Assembly (NCBI GenBank): GCA_038330175.1
Contig: JBBQNS010000003.1
Location: forward strand, 283 to 64,282
Source of the DNA: Kiritimatiellia bacterium
GTDB taxonomy: Bacteria > Verrucomicrobiota > Kiritimatiellia > CAIKKV01 > CAITUY01
Direction of reading: 5' to 3'
DNA length: 64,000 nt
The position numbers and the translations under genes were made by a program. The notes beneath the pieces are model-generated. The model saw nothing but the letters and a program-made list of their open reading frames with translations. It was not told the origin of the DNA and made no database searches. This document shows, in pieces, positions 18,056 through 27,529 of the stretch. How positions within the stretch are numbered: position 1 is the first letter of the stretch; the number at the start of each line of letters is the position of its first letter.

Positions 18056-18988
18056 TTAAAATTTAATTTTGAGACCTACTCCGGGCAACATGTCGCCGCT
18101 TTGTGCGTCTTTTAACAGGCCACAATTAACCTCCAGTTGGTCAAACACAGAATTGCGTTGCCGGGAGTTAAACTTATGTGCCCCCGTGGACGCGTTGTAG
18201 ATATTGCCAAAGTACCAACTCATTTCCACCACCGCGAATAGGCACCCTACGACCTCTTCATGATTATTAAAAGCGGCGAGCATCCCCGCAAGGGTTATCC
18301 CGTTAAGCAAAAATGAAACCGTAGCATCTCTCGGCCTTTCAACATAAAGTTGCCCTGCACCAGGCAATACCGCCGATAAGCCAGCCGCCAATCCCGGGGA
18401 TTTCTGCGGTACTCCATCAAGTCTCTCGGACAACGCCAAGAGTGTATCCATATCTACGGATCGGACTGAGTTGGTTGGCACACGACGGAACGATTCGCGC
18501 GCCCACTCATTATTTCCAAACCGAGCTAGGCAAATCCCCTTCATGACCAGCGCATCACCAATGCGATCATCGTCGGGGAATTTTTGTATAAACTCTTTAA
18601 TCAGCGCTTCTGCCACGGTATACTTTTGTAGCCGATAAAAAGTTTTTGACAACATCAACCAAGCATCCCGTCCCTCAGGAGTATCGCTATGTTGTTCTTT
18701 CAGTTTAAGGAACTGCTCGCAAGCGGCCTCCCATTTTTCACCCTTATAATAACACATACCGACTTGCAAACGGGCTCGTCCGGCTTGCGAAGCCTCAGGA
18801 CTGAGGAAAACAAAACGCTCATATTCAGTAATCGCACGGTAGTAATCGCCACGACTATATAAATCATCAGCAAACGACATAACGGCGATTGAATCTGATA
18901 TGACGGCCGCCTCAGCCAGGCCTGCGCCCATAACTAATATCCAAACCCAACCCCATTTCATTATAGATGTCATTTTCACCTTTTTCAT
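18056..18988 (-). CDS. Exported tetratricopeptide-repeat protein with C-terminal membrane domain (KSP..A..LSAVLPG.GQ.Y)
   Basis: Signal peptide, TPR-like helices (YYRAITEYERF, ARLQVGMCYY, DALVMKGICL), KSPGLAAGLSAVLPGAGQLY. Confidence 0.75.
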   Translation of the reverse strand: MKKVKMTSIMKWGWVWILVMGAGLAEAAVISDSIAVMSFADDLYSRGDYYRAITEYERFVFLSPEASQAGRARLQVGMCYYKGEKWEAACEQFLKLKEQHSDTPEGRDAWLMLSKTFYRLQKYTVAEALIKEFIQKFPDDDRIGDALVMKGICLARFGNNEWARESFRRVPTNSVRSVDMDTLLALSERLDGVPQKSPGLAAGLSAVLPGAGQLYVERPRDATVSFLLNGITLAGMLAAFNNHEEVVGCLFAVVEMSWYFGNIYNASTGAHKFNSRQRNSVFDQLEVNCGLLKDAQSGDMLPGVGLKIKF

Positions 18989-19422
18989 TCTACAGGATCA
19001 AAGCAAAGCGTGCGCTCCCCAACTTGAATAACAGGCGCTTCTCTCATTTCAGTCGATTCATGAATCAATCTATCCGCCGTCATAATAATTCCTTTGATCG
19101 AACCGTATCGACGAATAGCCTGAATACTATAATTGGAACACGAGGGGTACATGGGGCAATGGGATTTTGACACAACTGAAAAATAATTTTGATAGATTTT
19201 GAGCCAAGCATAGGAACAGGAACGCCCCATCTCTTCCGGGACGTCATTATCGGACTCAACCGACGATAATGGCATTAGCTGATTGAGAACGGGAGCCTGT
19301 AAGTTGACAGACCAAGGCTCGGAATAGTCTGAAGCTTGAACCAAAGAGCTATTCAAGTGGCAGACGACCCAGACACTAAGTAAGAGACTTTTCAACTCTC
19401 TATTCCGAACCAATGACCACAT
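18985..19422 (-). CDS. yidD: Membrane protein insertion efficiency factor YidD-like (DUF37); start uncertain
   Basis: KIYQNYFS...CPMYPSCSNYSIQAIRRYGSIKG...ADRL motif. Confidence 0.75.
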   Translation of the reverse strand: MWSLVRNRELKSLLLSVWVVCHLNSSLVQASDYSEPWSVNLQAPVLNQLMPLSSVESDNDVPEEMGRSCSYAWLKIYQNYFSVVSKSHCPMYPSCSNYSIQAIRRYGSIKGIIMTADRLIHESTEMREAPVIQVGERTLCFDPVE

Positions 19423-19576
19423 TAAGACTCTCCCTGCTAATGGTTTTCAAGCTAGCAGAACCATTGAATCTATTAAAGTGTATTGTCAGCTTTTTAGACA
19501 GGGCGGAAAGACGCTTGAAATCCTCGGCTAAGGACGTCCCGGCCACGGTGAACTCGCATGATTCGCCCTGCCCACA

Positions 19577-19658
19577 CGGCTCAGCAAGCTTCGCCCTCCA
19601 GACCAATCATCACCACATTGTTGATCATGTCTTCTGGAGGGCGAAGCTTGCTGAGCCG
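19577..19658. repeat. 26-bp perfect inverted repeat, REP-like
   Basis: CGGCTCAGCAAGCTTCGCCCTCCAGA (19577-19602) and TCTGGAGGGCGAAGCTTGCTGAGCCG (19633-19658). Confidence 0.88.
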
Positions 19659-19735
19659 CGTGAATACAGAGTGCATTGGGGATCTCAGGGAGACATCGTT
19701 TGCTTGAGCAGGAATTTGGGTTCTGCGACTCTGTC

Positions 19736-19764
19736 TCGACACACCTCGTTCTTATCCCTATAAT
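19736..19764 (+). promoter_or_regulatory. Sigma70 promoter of the nfeD-floA operon (leaderless)
   Basis: TCGACA-N17-TATAAT ending 8 nt before ATG 19773. Confidence 0.6.
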
Positions 19765-19772
19765 CCGCCAGC

Positions 19773-21203
19773 ATGAAAACGTTAAGACTTTTTGCCAGTT
19801 TACTGACGTTGATAACGCTGATATCAGCTCCGGGTGTTGCGCTAGCGGCATCCGACTGGGGCCAACCAGCCCCTACCGGCATGGTTTTTATCATCCCCAT
19901 CCATAATGTAATCGATACGGCCCTGATTTACGTCATTCGCCGAGGCCTGACCGAAGCCGAAAACGGCGAGGCAGCGGCCATTATCTTTGATATTGATACT
20001 CCCGGTGGACGAGTGGACGCAGCCGAAGAGATCTTGAATCTGCTTCGCGGCGTTAAAATCCCCACTTATTCACTGGTCAATCCCAACGCCATCTCGGCCG
20101 GGGCCATTATCGCCATGGCAACGGATCATATCTATATGACGCCCGGAAGCAAAATCGGGGATGCCATGCCCATCATGCTCGGGATCACTGGGGAGGTACA
20201 ACCGATGCCCGAGTCGGTTGAAGAGAAATCAGTTTCTTACGTGGCGGCGATGATCCGGGCGGCAGCGCAACTCCGCGGCCATGATCCCCAACTCGCGGAA
20301 GCCATGGTGCGCCGTGACGCCGAATATAAAATCGGGGATGAGGTCATCTCCAAAAAAGGCCAACTACTCACCCTTACCAACAAGGACGCCGAGCGCCTGG
20401 TCGGCCCTGACAAGCGCCCACTCCTGTCGGAGGGGACCGTGGAAGATCTAGATGCCTTACTGAAAAAACTGGGTAAAGAAAACTGCGTTAGGGTTAAATT
20501 GACCGTAACCTCAGCCGAGAAAATCGCCCGTTATATCGAGTCTATTTCCATCATCTTATTGGGACTTGGACTGCTCGGACTCTATATTGAATTTAAAACC
20601 CCGGGATTCGGGTTGCCCGGCATTGCAGGAATTCTTCTGCTGGCCATCTGGTTCTGGGGTTCCCACATTGCCGGCTTGGCAGGGATGGAAGAGGTGGCTC
20701 TGTTCCTTGTGGGTCTCGTGCTGTTATGTGTCGAACTATTTGTCTTCCCGGGGGTCATTCTGCCCGGCATGATGGGTCTAGTACTGATCATTGTTGCGAT
20801 TCTGATGGGCATGATTCAGCACTACCCGGGCGACCCCTGGTACCCGACACTCCCTAAGGTCACCGGTTCTGTAATTAGTTTTTCTTGGTCTTTGCTTATT
20901 GCCGTTGTGGGCGCGGTGCTGGCCGCCTCGTTCCTGCCGAAAAGTCCGCTGTATAATAAACTAATTTTGAATACCACCATTCCGCCCTCGACGAATACTC
21001 CGGCGCCAACCCTCAACTCCCCATTGATTGCTGGACAGCAAGGGGTGGCAGTGACTTGTTTGAATCCTGCAGGGGCTGGTCTTTTCGGCGATTTACGCAT
21101 CAATGTGGTGTCGCGAGGCGACTTTATTGAGCCGGGTGAAAAAATCATGATTGCCGAAGCCCATGGAAACCGCATAATCGTCGAGCGCGTGAAAAACGCC
21201 TAA
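19773..21203 (+). CDS. nfeD: NfeD family membrane-bound ClpP-class serine protease (long form)
   Basis: IDTPGG, AISAGA, TM block with EFKTPGFG, C-terminal OB-fold (G.AVT.LNPAG...NVVSRGDFIEPG). Confidence 0.88.
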   Translation: MKTLRLFASLLTLITLISAPGVALAASDWGQPAPTGMVFIIPIHNVIDTALIYVIRRGLTEAENGEAAAIIFDIDTPGGRVDAAEEILNLLRGVKIPTYSLVNPNAISAGAIIAMATDHIYMTPGSKIGDAMPIMLGITGEVQPMPESVEEKSVSYVAAMIRAAAQLRGHDPQLAEAMVRRDAEYKIGDEVISKKGQLLTLTNKDAERLVGPDKRPLLSEGTVEDLDALLKKLGKENCVRVKLTVTSAEKIARYIESISIILLGLGLLGLYIEFKTPGFGLPGIAGILLLAIWFWGSHIAGLAGMEEVALFLVGLVLLCVELFVFPGVILPGMMGLVLIIVAILMGMIQHYPGDPWYPTLPKVTGSVISFSWSLLIAVVGAVLAASFLPKSPLYNKLILNTTIPPSTNTPAPTLNSPLIAGQQGVAVTCLNPAGAGLFGDLRINVVSRGDFIEPGEKIMIAEAHGNRIIVERVKNA

Positions 21204-21222
21204 GCAAGGGAGTCGTTGAAAT

Positions 21223-21696
21223 ATGGATAGCACAACATGGTTGATAACACTATTGCTAGTCGGAACATTGTTGATCGGCGCTGAAATTTTCATTCCCGGC
21301 GCCGTGGCGGGTACTCTGGGGGGCATGGCCTTATTCAGCGCCGTGATTGTAGCTTTCAATATCGGCCCCGCCGTAGGATTTTACGTATTTTTCGGCGTCG
21401 TTATCCTGGTAGCCCTGACCACCTTCGCCTGGATCCGTTTATTCCCTAAATCAGGCATCGGTCAAAAAATGACTTTAAGCGTCGATGGCAAGGCCTTCAA
21501 ATCGGCGGAGTCTCATCAGGCTTTGCTCGGGAAAACAGGAATCACCCACTCCGAACTACGTCCTGCGGGTTACGCGATCATCGACGGAAAACGAATTGAT
21601 GTCGTATCGGAAGGTGGCGTGGTCGATGCCAATGTTGCCATCCATGTGATCAAAGTTGAAGGTACCCGGGTCGTGGTACGAAAGGTTGAGTCATGA
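21223..21696 (+). CDS. Short NfeD-like protein (TM plus OB-fold)
   Basis: AEIFIPG.VAG; LGKTG.T.SELRPAG.A.IDGKRIDVVSEG. Confidence 0.85.
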   Translation: MDSTTWLITLLLVGTLLIGAEIFIPGAVAGTLGGMALFSAVIVAFNIGPAVGFYVFFGVVILVALTTFAWIRLFPKSGIGQKMTLSVDGKAFKSAESHQALLGKTGITHSELRPAGYAIIDGKRIDVVSEGGVVDANVAIHVIKVEGTRVVVRKVES

Positions 21697-22919
21697 ATTT
21701 TCGCTGGTTCGTAATCCTGCCCCTGCTCCTGCTCCTTTTGATCTCCCAGACTCAGGCCATTGAATTCCGGGAGACCTCCTCCTATAAGCTCACCCTCGAT
21801 CAAACCCTCACCAATGAGCTTTGGGTACAGGCCCGTTCCATAACCATGGCAGGGACAGCAAACGAAGACTGCTTTATGCTGGCAGACAGCATGGGCCAAA
21901 ACCCCGCCACCAATCTTCCCACCCTCCGTCTCGCGGGGCAGTTTCTCACCGATGTCTGGGGATTTGGTGAAACCGTAGAGTTGACCGGTACGGTCTCTAA
22001 AAACGCACGCCTCGCAGCGGCCAAAACCATCATTATTTCGAGCGAAGTAGGGCATAATTTAATGGCCTTCGCCCCGACCATCAGTTTGGACGAGACCTCC
22101 TTGGTACAGGGAAGCGCCCTTCTGGCGGCGCAAGACATCATCCTCAGCGGAACCATCAAAGGAAGCACTCGCGTCTATGGCACGAAAGTCACCCTGACCG
22201 GAAAGTTTGACGATGACCTGTATGTCAGTGCCACCGAAATCACGGTTATGCCCGGCACGCAAATCAAAGGAAATTTTTATTATCGGATGGATGGAGATCT
22301 TGTCCTGGACGCACGTGTTCTGCTTGGAGGCAAAATGGTCAAGCAGGAACCTGTTGTGCCGCCCCCCGCCCGGACCTCCTCCACCCTCATGCTCCAATTG
22401 ACGCTTTTGTGCGGAGCGATCATGGTCGGTATGGCCTTCGTTACACTGGTACCGGGCATTACGGCCCTAAGCGTTCACAAATTAGTAGAATCACCTTGGA
22501 AATGCCTGCTGTTCGGCTTCATTACCTTTGTCTTAGTTCCCCTGATTGCCGCCTTTTTGCTCTTCACCGTGGCGGGCATCCCGCTCAGCGTGATATTGAT
22601 TCTAGCCTATGTGATCCTGATCTATGTCAGTAAAATTGTCGTAGGTCTGTTCGTCGGCCACCTTATCATTCGAAAAAAAATACCGGTCCCGCCAAATCTT
22701 CTTTTCCCGATCATGGCGCTCGGACTTCTGGCGCTCTATGCAGCCACGAACCTGCCGTTTCCTTTTGACATTATATTTTGGTTCGCTATTACTCTGTCTG
22801 GACTGGGAGCGCTGGTTAGCGCCATAATGGATCGGCGGACTCCTGTTTTGGTGTCATGCGCGGTGGACGGAGGAACTAAACCGCCCCCGATCACGGGTGA
22901 GATGCCACCGAAGATTTGA
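21693..22919 (+). CDS. Bactofilin-like/polymer-forming beta-helix protein with multi-TM C-terminus
   Basis: Signal peptide; repeated 'L.G.V.G....A...I' beta-solenoid units; about six C-terminal TM helices. Confidence 0.6.
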   Translation: MNFRWFVILPLLLLLLISQTQAIEFRETSSYKLTLDQTLTNELWVQARSITMAGTANEDCFMLADSMGQNPATNLPTLRLAGQFLTDVWGFGETVELTGTVSKNARLAAAKTIIISSEVGHNLMAFAPTISLDETSLVQGSALLAAQDIILSGTIKGSTRVYGTKVTLTGKFDDDLYVSATEITVMPGTQIKGNFYYRMDGDLVLDARVLLGGKMVKQEPVVPPPARTSSTLMLQLTLLCGAIMVGMAFVTLVPGITALSVHKLVESPWKCLLFGFITFVLVPLIAAFLLFTVAGIPLSVILILAYVILIYVSKIVVGLFVGHLIIRKKIPVPPNLLFPIMALGLLALYAATNLPFPFDIIFWFAITLSGLGALVSAIMDRRTPVLVSCAVDGGTKPPPITGEMPPKI

Positions 22920-22972
22920 TAGGTTGATAAGCGAGAAGTTAGAAGTTGAGTAATACAGAATAAGGAATCGTC

Positions 22973-24010
22973 ATGCAAAATATAGCAGGAATCATTGTCA
23001 TTTTAATTGCCGTTGTCGCCTTTATCATATTGGGCATATTTTTCTATTTCATCAAGGTATGGGTCCGCGCCCTGATGTCGGGCGCCCGCGTTCCCATTCT
23101 GTCACTTGTCGGAATGAAACTCCGACGCGTCCCCCCCACGCTCATCGTGGATGCCCGAATCCGGGTGATCAAGGCCGGCCTGACGTTGTCCTCCGACCTT
23201 ATTGAAGCGCATTATCTGGCCGGCGGCGACGTGATTAACGTCGTCAACGGACTGATTGCAGCAGATAAAGCCGGTATTGAACTGACCTTCCAGCAGGCGG
23301 CCGCCATCAATCTTGCAGGGCGTGACGTCCAGGAAGCGGTTCGCACCAGTGTCATTCCGAAGGTCATTGATTGCCCGGATCCCCAGAAAAGCCAAGTCAC
23401 CATGCTTGACGCCGTGGCCCGGGATGGTATCCGCATGCTGGTAAAGGCCCGTGTCACCGTACGCACGAACCTGAACCAACTGGTCGGTGGCGCCGGTGAA
23501 GACACAATTATTGCCCGCGTCGGACAAGGCATCGTCAGCGCCATTGGCTCCTCCGCCACCTATAAGGCGGTGCTTGAAAATCCGGACGCCATCAGTCGGC
23601 GCGTGCTGTCCAGTGGACTGGACTCGCAAACGGCCTTTGAAATCGTTTCAATCGATATCGCGGATATCAGTGTCGCAGGAACCGGTGCCAAGGATGTCGC
23701 TAACGTCGGTGCCATGCTGGAAACAGAACGCGCCGAAGCGGATAAGAAATTGCGTCAGGCAGAAGCCGAAGGGCGCCGCGCTATGGCCGTTGCCCGAGAG
23801 CAGGAAATGCGCGCTTTAGTTCAGGAGATGCAGGCCCGTGTTGTCGAAGCGCAAGCGGAAGTTCCCCGCGCCATGGCAGAAGCCTTTCGCAAAGGAAATT
23901 TGGGCGTCATGGATTTTTATCGTATGCAAAACATTCAATCTGATACCGACATGCGTAAAACCATCGCCGGTGAACCGCACGACCAGCAGCAAAAACCCGT
24001 TCAACAGTAA
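22973..24010 (+). CDS. floA: Flotillin-like protein FloA (YqfA/SPFH)
   Basis: [68 protein letters not shown]. Confidence 0.92.
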   Translation: MQNIAGIIVILIAVVAFIILGIFFYFIKVWVRALMSGARVPILSLVGMKLRRVPPTLIVDARIRVIKAGLTLSSDLIEAHYLAGGDVINVVNGLIAADKAGIELTFQQAAAINLAGRDVQEAVRTSVIPKVIDCPDPQKSQVTMLDAVARDGIRMLVKARVTVRTNLNQLVGGAGEDTIIARVGQGIVSAIGSSATYKAVLENPDAISRRVLSSGLDSQTAFEIVSIDIADISVAGTGAKDVANVGAMLETERAEADKKLRQAEAEGRRAMAVAREQEMRALVQEMQARVVEAQAEVPRAMAEAFRKGNLGVMDFYRMQNIQSDTDMRKTIAGEPHDQQQKPVQQ

Positions 24011-24067
24011 CAGCCAAGGATGCCAGGCTGTTAGCGCATCATGCTTAACAGTCTGGCCGCCTAAGCC

Positions 24068-24586
24068 ATGCTCATGAATCTTTTTACCATAGCCGCCTCA
24101 GACATGGACGTCATCATCGGTATCATTGCCGTTGTAGGATGGGTTTTGGCTCAAATTTTTAGCAAAAAGAAGAACGCTCCAACGCAGCAGGAGGAACCTC
24201 ACCCGGAATCGGGAGTTCCCCTTGACCCTCGCGAGGAGCTGAGGAAATTTTTTGAGGGGCTTGATAAACCGGCCAAGCCCGCGATGGCGCCCCCCGCATT
24301 CGAGCAGAAACCATATCAGGAAGCTCCTAAACATCGGGCTTATAAATCAAAAACCAGAACTCTTTCAGCACAGGATCGGGCAAACGATGGCGCTTCAGAG
24401 TCTGTTTTGATTTTACCAGAAGGGGTTGCTCTGGCAACAGCGACGGTTCCCCTTCTCATAAAACACCCAAGATTATCTTCGATACCTGAGCTTCAAAGCC
24501 CTATTGCGCTACGAAATTTTATCGTTATGAATGAGATACTTGGTAAACCGATAGCCCTGCGGCAAGATCAAGAAGCTAAATTTTAA
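24068..24586 (+). CDS. Hypothetical single-TM protein (positional analogue of YqfB)
   Basis: N-terminal TM; C-terminal LRNFIVMNEILGKPIALR; follows floA. Confidence 0.65.
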   Translation: MLMNLFTIAASDMDVIIGIIAVVGWVLAQIFSKKKNAPTQQEEPHPESGVPLDPREELRKFFEGLDKPAKPAMAPPAFEQKPYQEAPKHRAYKSKTRTLSAQDRANDGASESVLILPEGVALATATVPLLIKHPRLSSIPELQSPIALRNFIVMNEILGKPIALRQDQEAKF

Positions 24587-26387
24587 GGATCCGCTCATCG
24601 GCGCGTCCAGCACGCGCTTCATTCGCAGTCAAATAAGGCTCCGTCTCATACTGCCCCACCCCTTTCAAGCGGTGAAGAACGGTCGCAACTTCTTCGGTCG
24701 CTGCCAGACACTCTTGAATCATGGATCGCATTTCTGGCGACATCTCAGCGCGTTTCATGAGATCCAGATACCCGCGGATGATCGAGGCCGGCTGTCCCAA
24801 ATGATGACAGGCAGCCCCTACCGTCTCCGCCATGACCCGCTGTTGCTCAGCCTGCACCAAAGCCTTTGACTGCGCTTCGATAACCTTAACCTTTTCTACC
24901 CCCTGACTAATCACCGCCCCCAGTGAGCGTTGGATGGCAACAAAATCTTCGCTTGACTGGTACCCCATAACCTCAGGGGCTCCCCCGTGTGAAATCTCCT
25001 CGAGATATTGCCTTAACCGTCCGACCTCCAGTGTATGTCGAGCCAGCAACATTACCCCCATCGCCACCAAGGCCACAACGGAAGGGAGGAGCAAATAGAT
25101 CGTCTCTAAATCCAATGACCGCATCATGAGGGCATTCCCGAGCACGTAAGCGAAGGCCAGAAGCGGAATCACTGACATCAGCGAAACAGCCACAATAAAT
25201 TGCTGGCGGGTTCCTAACGAAATAAGTGACCGTTTCTTCGAATCCAGGTGTATTGGCCCAGGCGTTCCGAGATACCGCCGTGAGCGTTCAACCGCAAGCG
25301 GCTTTACTATCTCAATAAAGTTTCGCGCAGGATTAACTCCTGTGGCCTCAGGCAACTCTAACCACCAGAATGTTGAATGATTTTGCGTTAGGGGCCCCCC
25401 GAATTCTCCTCCGTGCGCCGTCGCCACCATCCGACAGTAGGTCAGCCCTAGGGCATCCGTATCAAAGGAGGGATCCCCCTGACCGCCCACGCACACGACC
25501 ATCAATTTGACGTGCCCTGATGCTCGCTGTAGGCGTATCTGAACGATCTTATCAACGGGTTTTGCCTTGAGCGCCAAACGGATTAGGTGCCGGACCACCC
25601 GTGTTATTTGCGATAGGTCACAGAGCACGGTCGCACTATCCCCGTCGACCTCCAGCGTCATCCCAACGGCTTGGGCGGATTCAGACAAAGCCTCTACAAT
25701 GTCTCGGGCGCGCTTTGCAATGTCACAGGGTTGTTTATCCGGAATATCCTCACCCGCCATCATTTTTCGTACGCTCATCAGAAATTCAATCAGCTCCTCG
25801 AGCGTCTCCGTCGCACCCAGTGCTTCGTTCACATAACGCGAGGCATCGACTTTGAAATTTTTCGGGGTCGCCGCCTCGGTCATCTTGAGAATATCGGCAA
25901 GCCCGGCCAGAGGCGTTTTCATGCCATGCACAACGAGCTGGGTCAGTTCCGCGCGCGCCTCTTCCAATTGTTGGATCCGTACCGCATCCTTCTTTAGCTC
26001 CCGGGCCTGTCGGGTTCTCACCACCGCATTCCTCAACCGAATCATCACTTCATCGCGGTCAAATGGACGAATGATAAAGTCATCGGCTCCCGCTTGGACC
26101 GCACTCAACCGGTCTTGGCGGACCTCACCGCTTGATATCGCCAACACACTGATTAACGCGGTAAGAGGATCATTTTTCATGACCCGATACACTTCAAAAT
26201 CAAAACCACGGCACACCGCATCAATCAGAATCACATCGGGTAAAATGCTTTTAGCTACCTGCAGGAGCTCTTCGACAGACTGGGCCCAGCGCAATTCAAA
26301 ATCGTACGAGCCCCATAGTTGAGTGGCCTCACTATCGGTCTTATCACAACCCAATATCAGTATTAACCCGTTTTCAGAGGTTATCAT
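24576..26387 (-). CDS. Atypical hybrid sensor: REC-HisKA-degenerate HATPase-2TM-linker-HisKA-like
   Basis: PDVILID and AGADDFIIRPF (REC); LVVHGMKTP; LGLTYC..VATAHGG; two TM helices; ETVGAACHHLGQP. Confidence 0.75.
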   Translation of the reverse strand: MITSENGLILILGCDKTDSEATQLWGSYDFELRWAQSVEELLQVAKSILPDVILIDAVCRGFDFEVYRVMKNDPLTALISVLAISSGEVRQDRLSAVQAGADDFIIRPFDRDEVMIRLRNAVVRTRQARELKKDAVRIQQLEEARAELTQLVVHGMKTPLAGLADILKMTEAATPKNFKVDASRYVNEALGATETLEELIEFLMSVRKMMAGEDIPDKQPCDIAKRARDIVEALSESAQAVGMTLEVDGDSATVLCDLSQITRVVRHLIRLALKAKPVDKIVQIRLQRASGHVKLMVVCVGGQGDPSFDTDALGLTYCRMVATAHGGEFGGPLTQNHSTFWWLELPEATGVNPARNFIEIVKPLAVERSRRYLGTPGPIHLDSKKRSLISLGTRQQFIVAVSLMSVIPLLAFAYVLGNALMMRSLDLETIYLLLPSVVALVAMGVMLLARHTLEVGRLRQYLEEISHGGAPEVMGYQSSEDFVAIQRSLGAVISQGVEKVKVIEAQSKALVQAEQQRVMAETVGAACHHLGQPASIIRGYLDLMKRAEMSPEMRSMIQECLAATEEVATVLHRLKGVGQYETEPYLTANEARAGRADERILKI

Positions 26388-26441
26388 AAAATACCCGGCT
26401 TACACCTTATGGCCACCCGACACCACCATACATTATTGAGT

Positions 26442-27461
26442 TCAAGGCTGTGCCAAAACCTTGACAGGAAGTAGGATTTCTTTCATGGAAGCCAGATCCG
26501 TTTCAATCCGAACTACCTTTCCATCCAATCCGCTCAGGGGGCCCCAGGTTTTAAATTCCAGTCGATAACGGCTTGGCTTTAGGGTGGCAATTGAGTTGGT
26601 CATTCCCTCTCCGGGCAATTCTAAGCGTGTGATGCTAAACGACTTGCCAGAAGGGGACCAAAGGTTAACCCAAACAGTATTGGAAGCGTTGCCAGCCGAG
26701 GGCGCCAGCACCAAATTATTTGGGGAAGACACGATATCGCCGGCCACAAACCCAGCTACAGGAATGGAAACGACCCGCATCTGCGGATGATCAGTCGTCA
26801 CCTCCACCGATGTCATGAAGCTCCCTCTCTTTCGGGGACCCTTATCTATAATTTTAATGAGATATTGTTTTCCTGCTTCGCGAGGTTCGACCGTTACCGA
26901 CACTTGGGATGAAGCTGATTTAGCCGAGAGCACCTGAAAGACGTTAGTCGAAACAGCAGTCAGTAGTACCTCACGTTCAAGTGAACCCTCCTCACCAACC
27001 GTTCCTAAGTGGACACCCTCCGGCTGCGCCTCAATAGGAACAAAGACGGTCCCTGTAAAGCTCAGGTGCACAATCCGGCTCACGGGGTCGTCTGTTTCGA
27101 CATAGATCGACTTGCTTTGCCGCCCACGTCGGCCCTTAAAGTTAATAACGACCTCCACGTCAGTCGATTGTCCTGGCGCGATACTGTTTGTCACCGCCTT
27201 CGCTGTGGAACAACCACAGCTGGTGCGCACTCCCAGTATTTTTATTACGCGCTCGCCCACATTGGTTAACACGAAACTATGCTTTACGACGGCATCAGAA
27301 TATACCGCCCCGAAATCAAGATTGGAATTCACACAGTCGATACCCGGAAGATGGGTCAGACTCCCCGCCGGTTCGGCTTTTACCTGACTTGCAAATAAAG
27401 CACCGATTACCAACCCCATTGCCAAAATGGCTTTTGAAGAAACTGATTGACGATACATCAA
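26442..27461 (-). CDS. Exported DUF1573 domain (Ig-like) protein
   Basis: Signal peptide; LDFG...HSFVLTNVG...VRTSCGCSTA...IAPGQS motif. Confidence 0.75.
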   Translation of the reverse strand: MMYRQSVSSKAILAMGLVIGALFASQVKAEPAGSLTHLPGIDCVNSNLDFGAVYSDAVVKHSFVLTNVGERVIKILGVRTSCGCSTAKAVTNSIAPGQSTDVEVVINFKGRRGRQSKSIYVETDDPVSRIVHLSFTGTVFVPIEAQPEGVHLGTVGEEGSLEREVLLTAVSTNVFQVLSAKSASSQVSVTVEPREAGKQYLIKIIDKGPRKRGSFMTSVEVTTDHPQMRVVSIPVAGFVAGDIVSSPNNLVLAPSAGNASNTVWVNLWSPSGKSFSITRLELPGEGMTNSIATLKPSRYRLEFKTWGPLSGLDGKVVRIETDLASMKEILLPVKVLAQP

Positions 27462-27529
27462 AGCTCCCTATTCAGAATTAGTTACGGTTTCCTCTACAGC
27501 GCTAGCCGCCTTGCGGCAACGGGCATTCC

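Noticed and set aside
22915-22950. Short heptamer-like run (GAGAAGT/TAGAAGT) before floA
   Set aside because: Only two or three degenerate units; too short to call.
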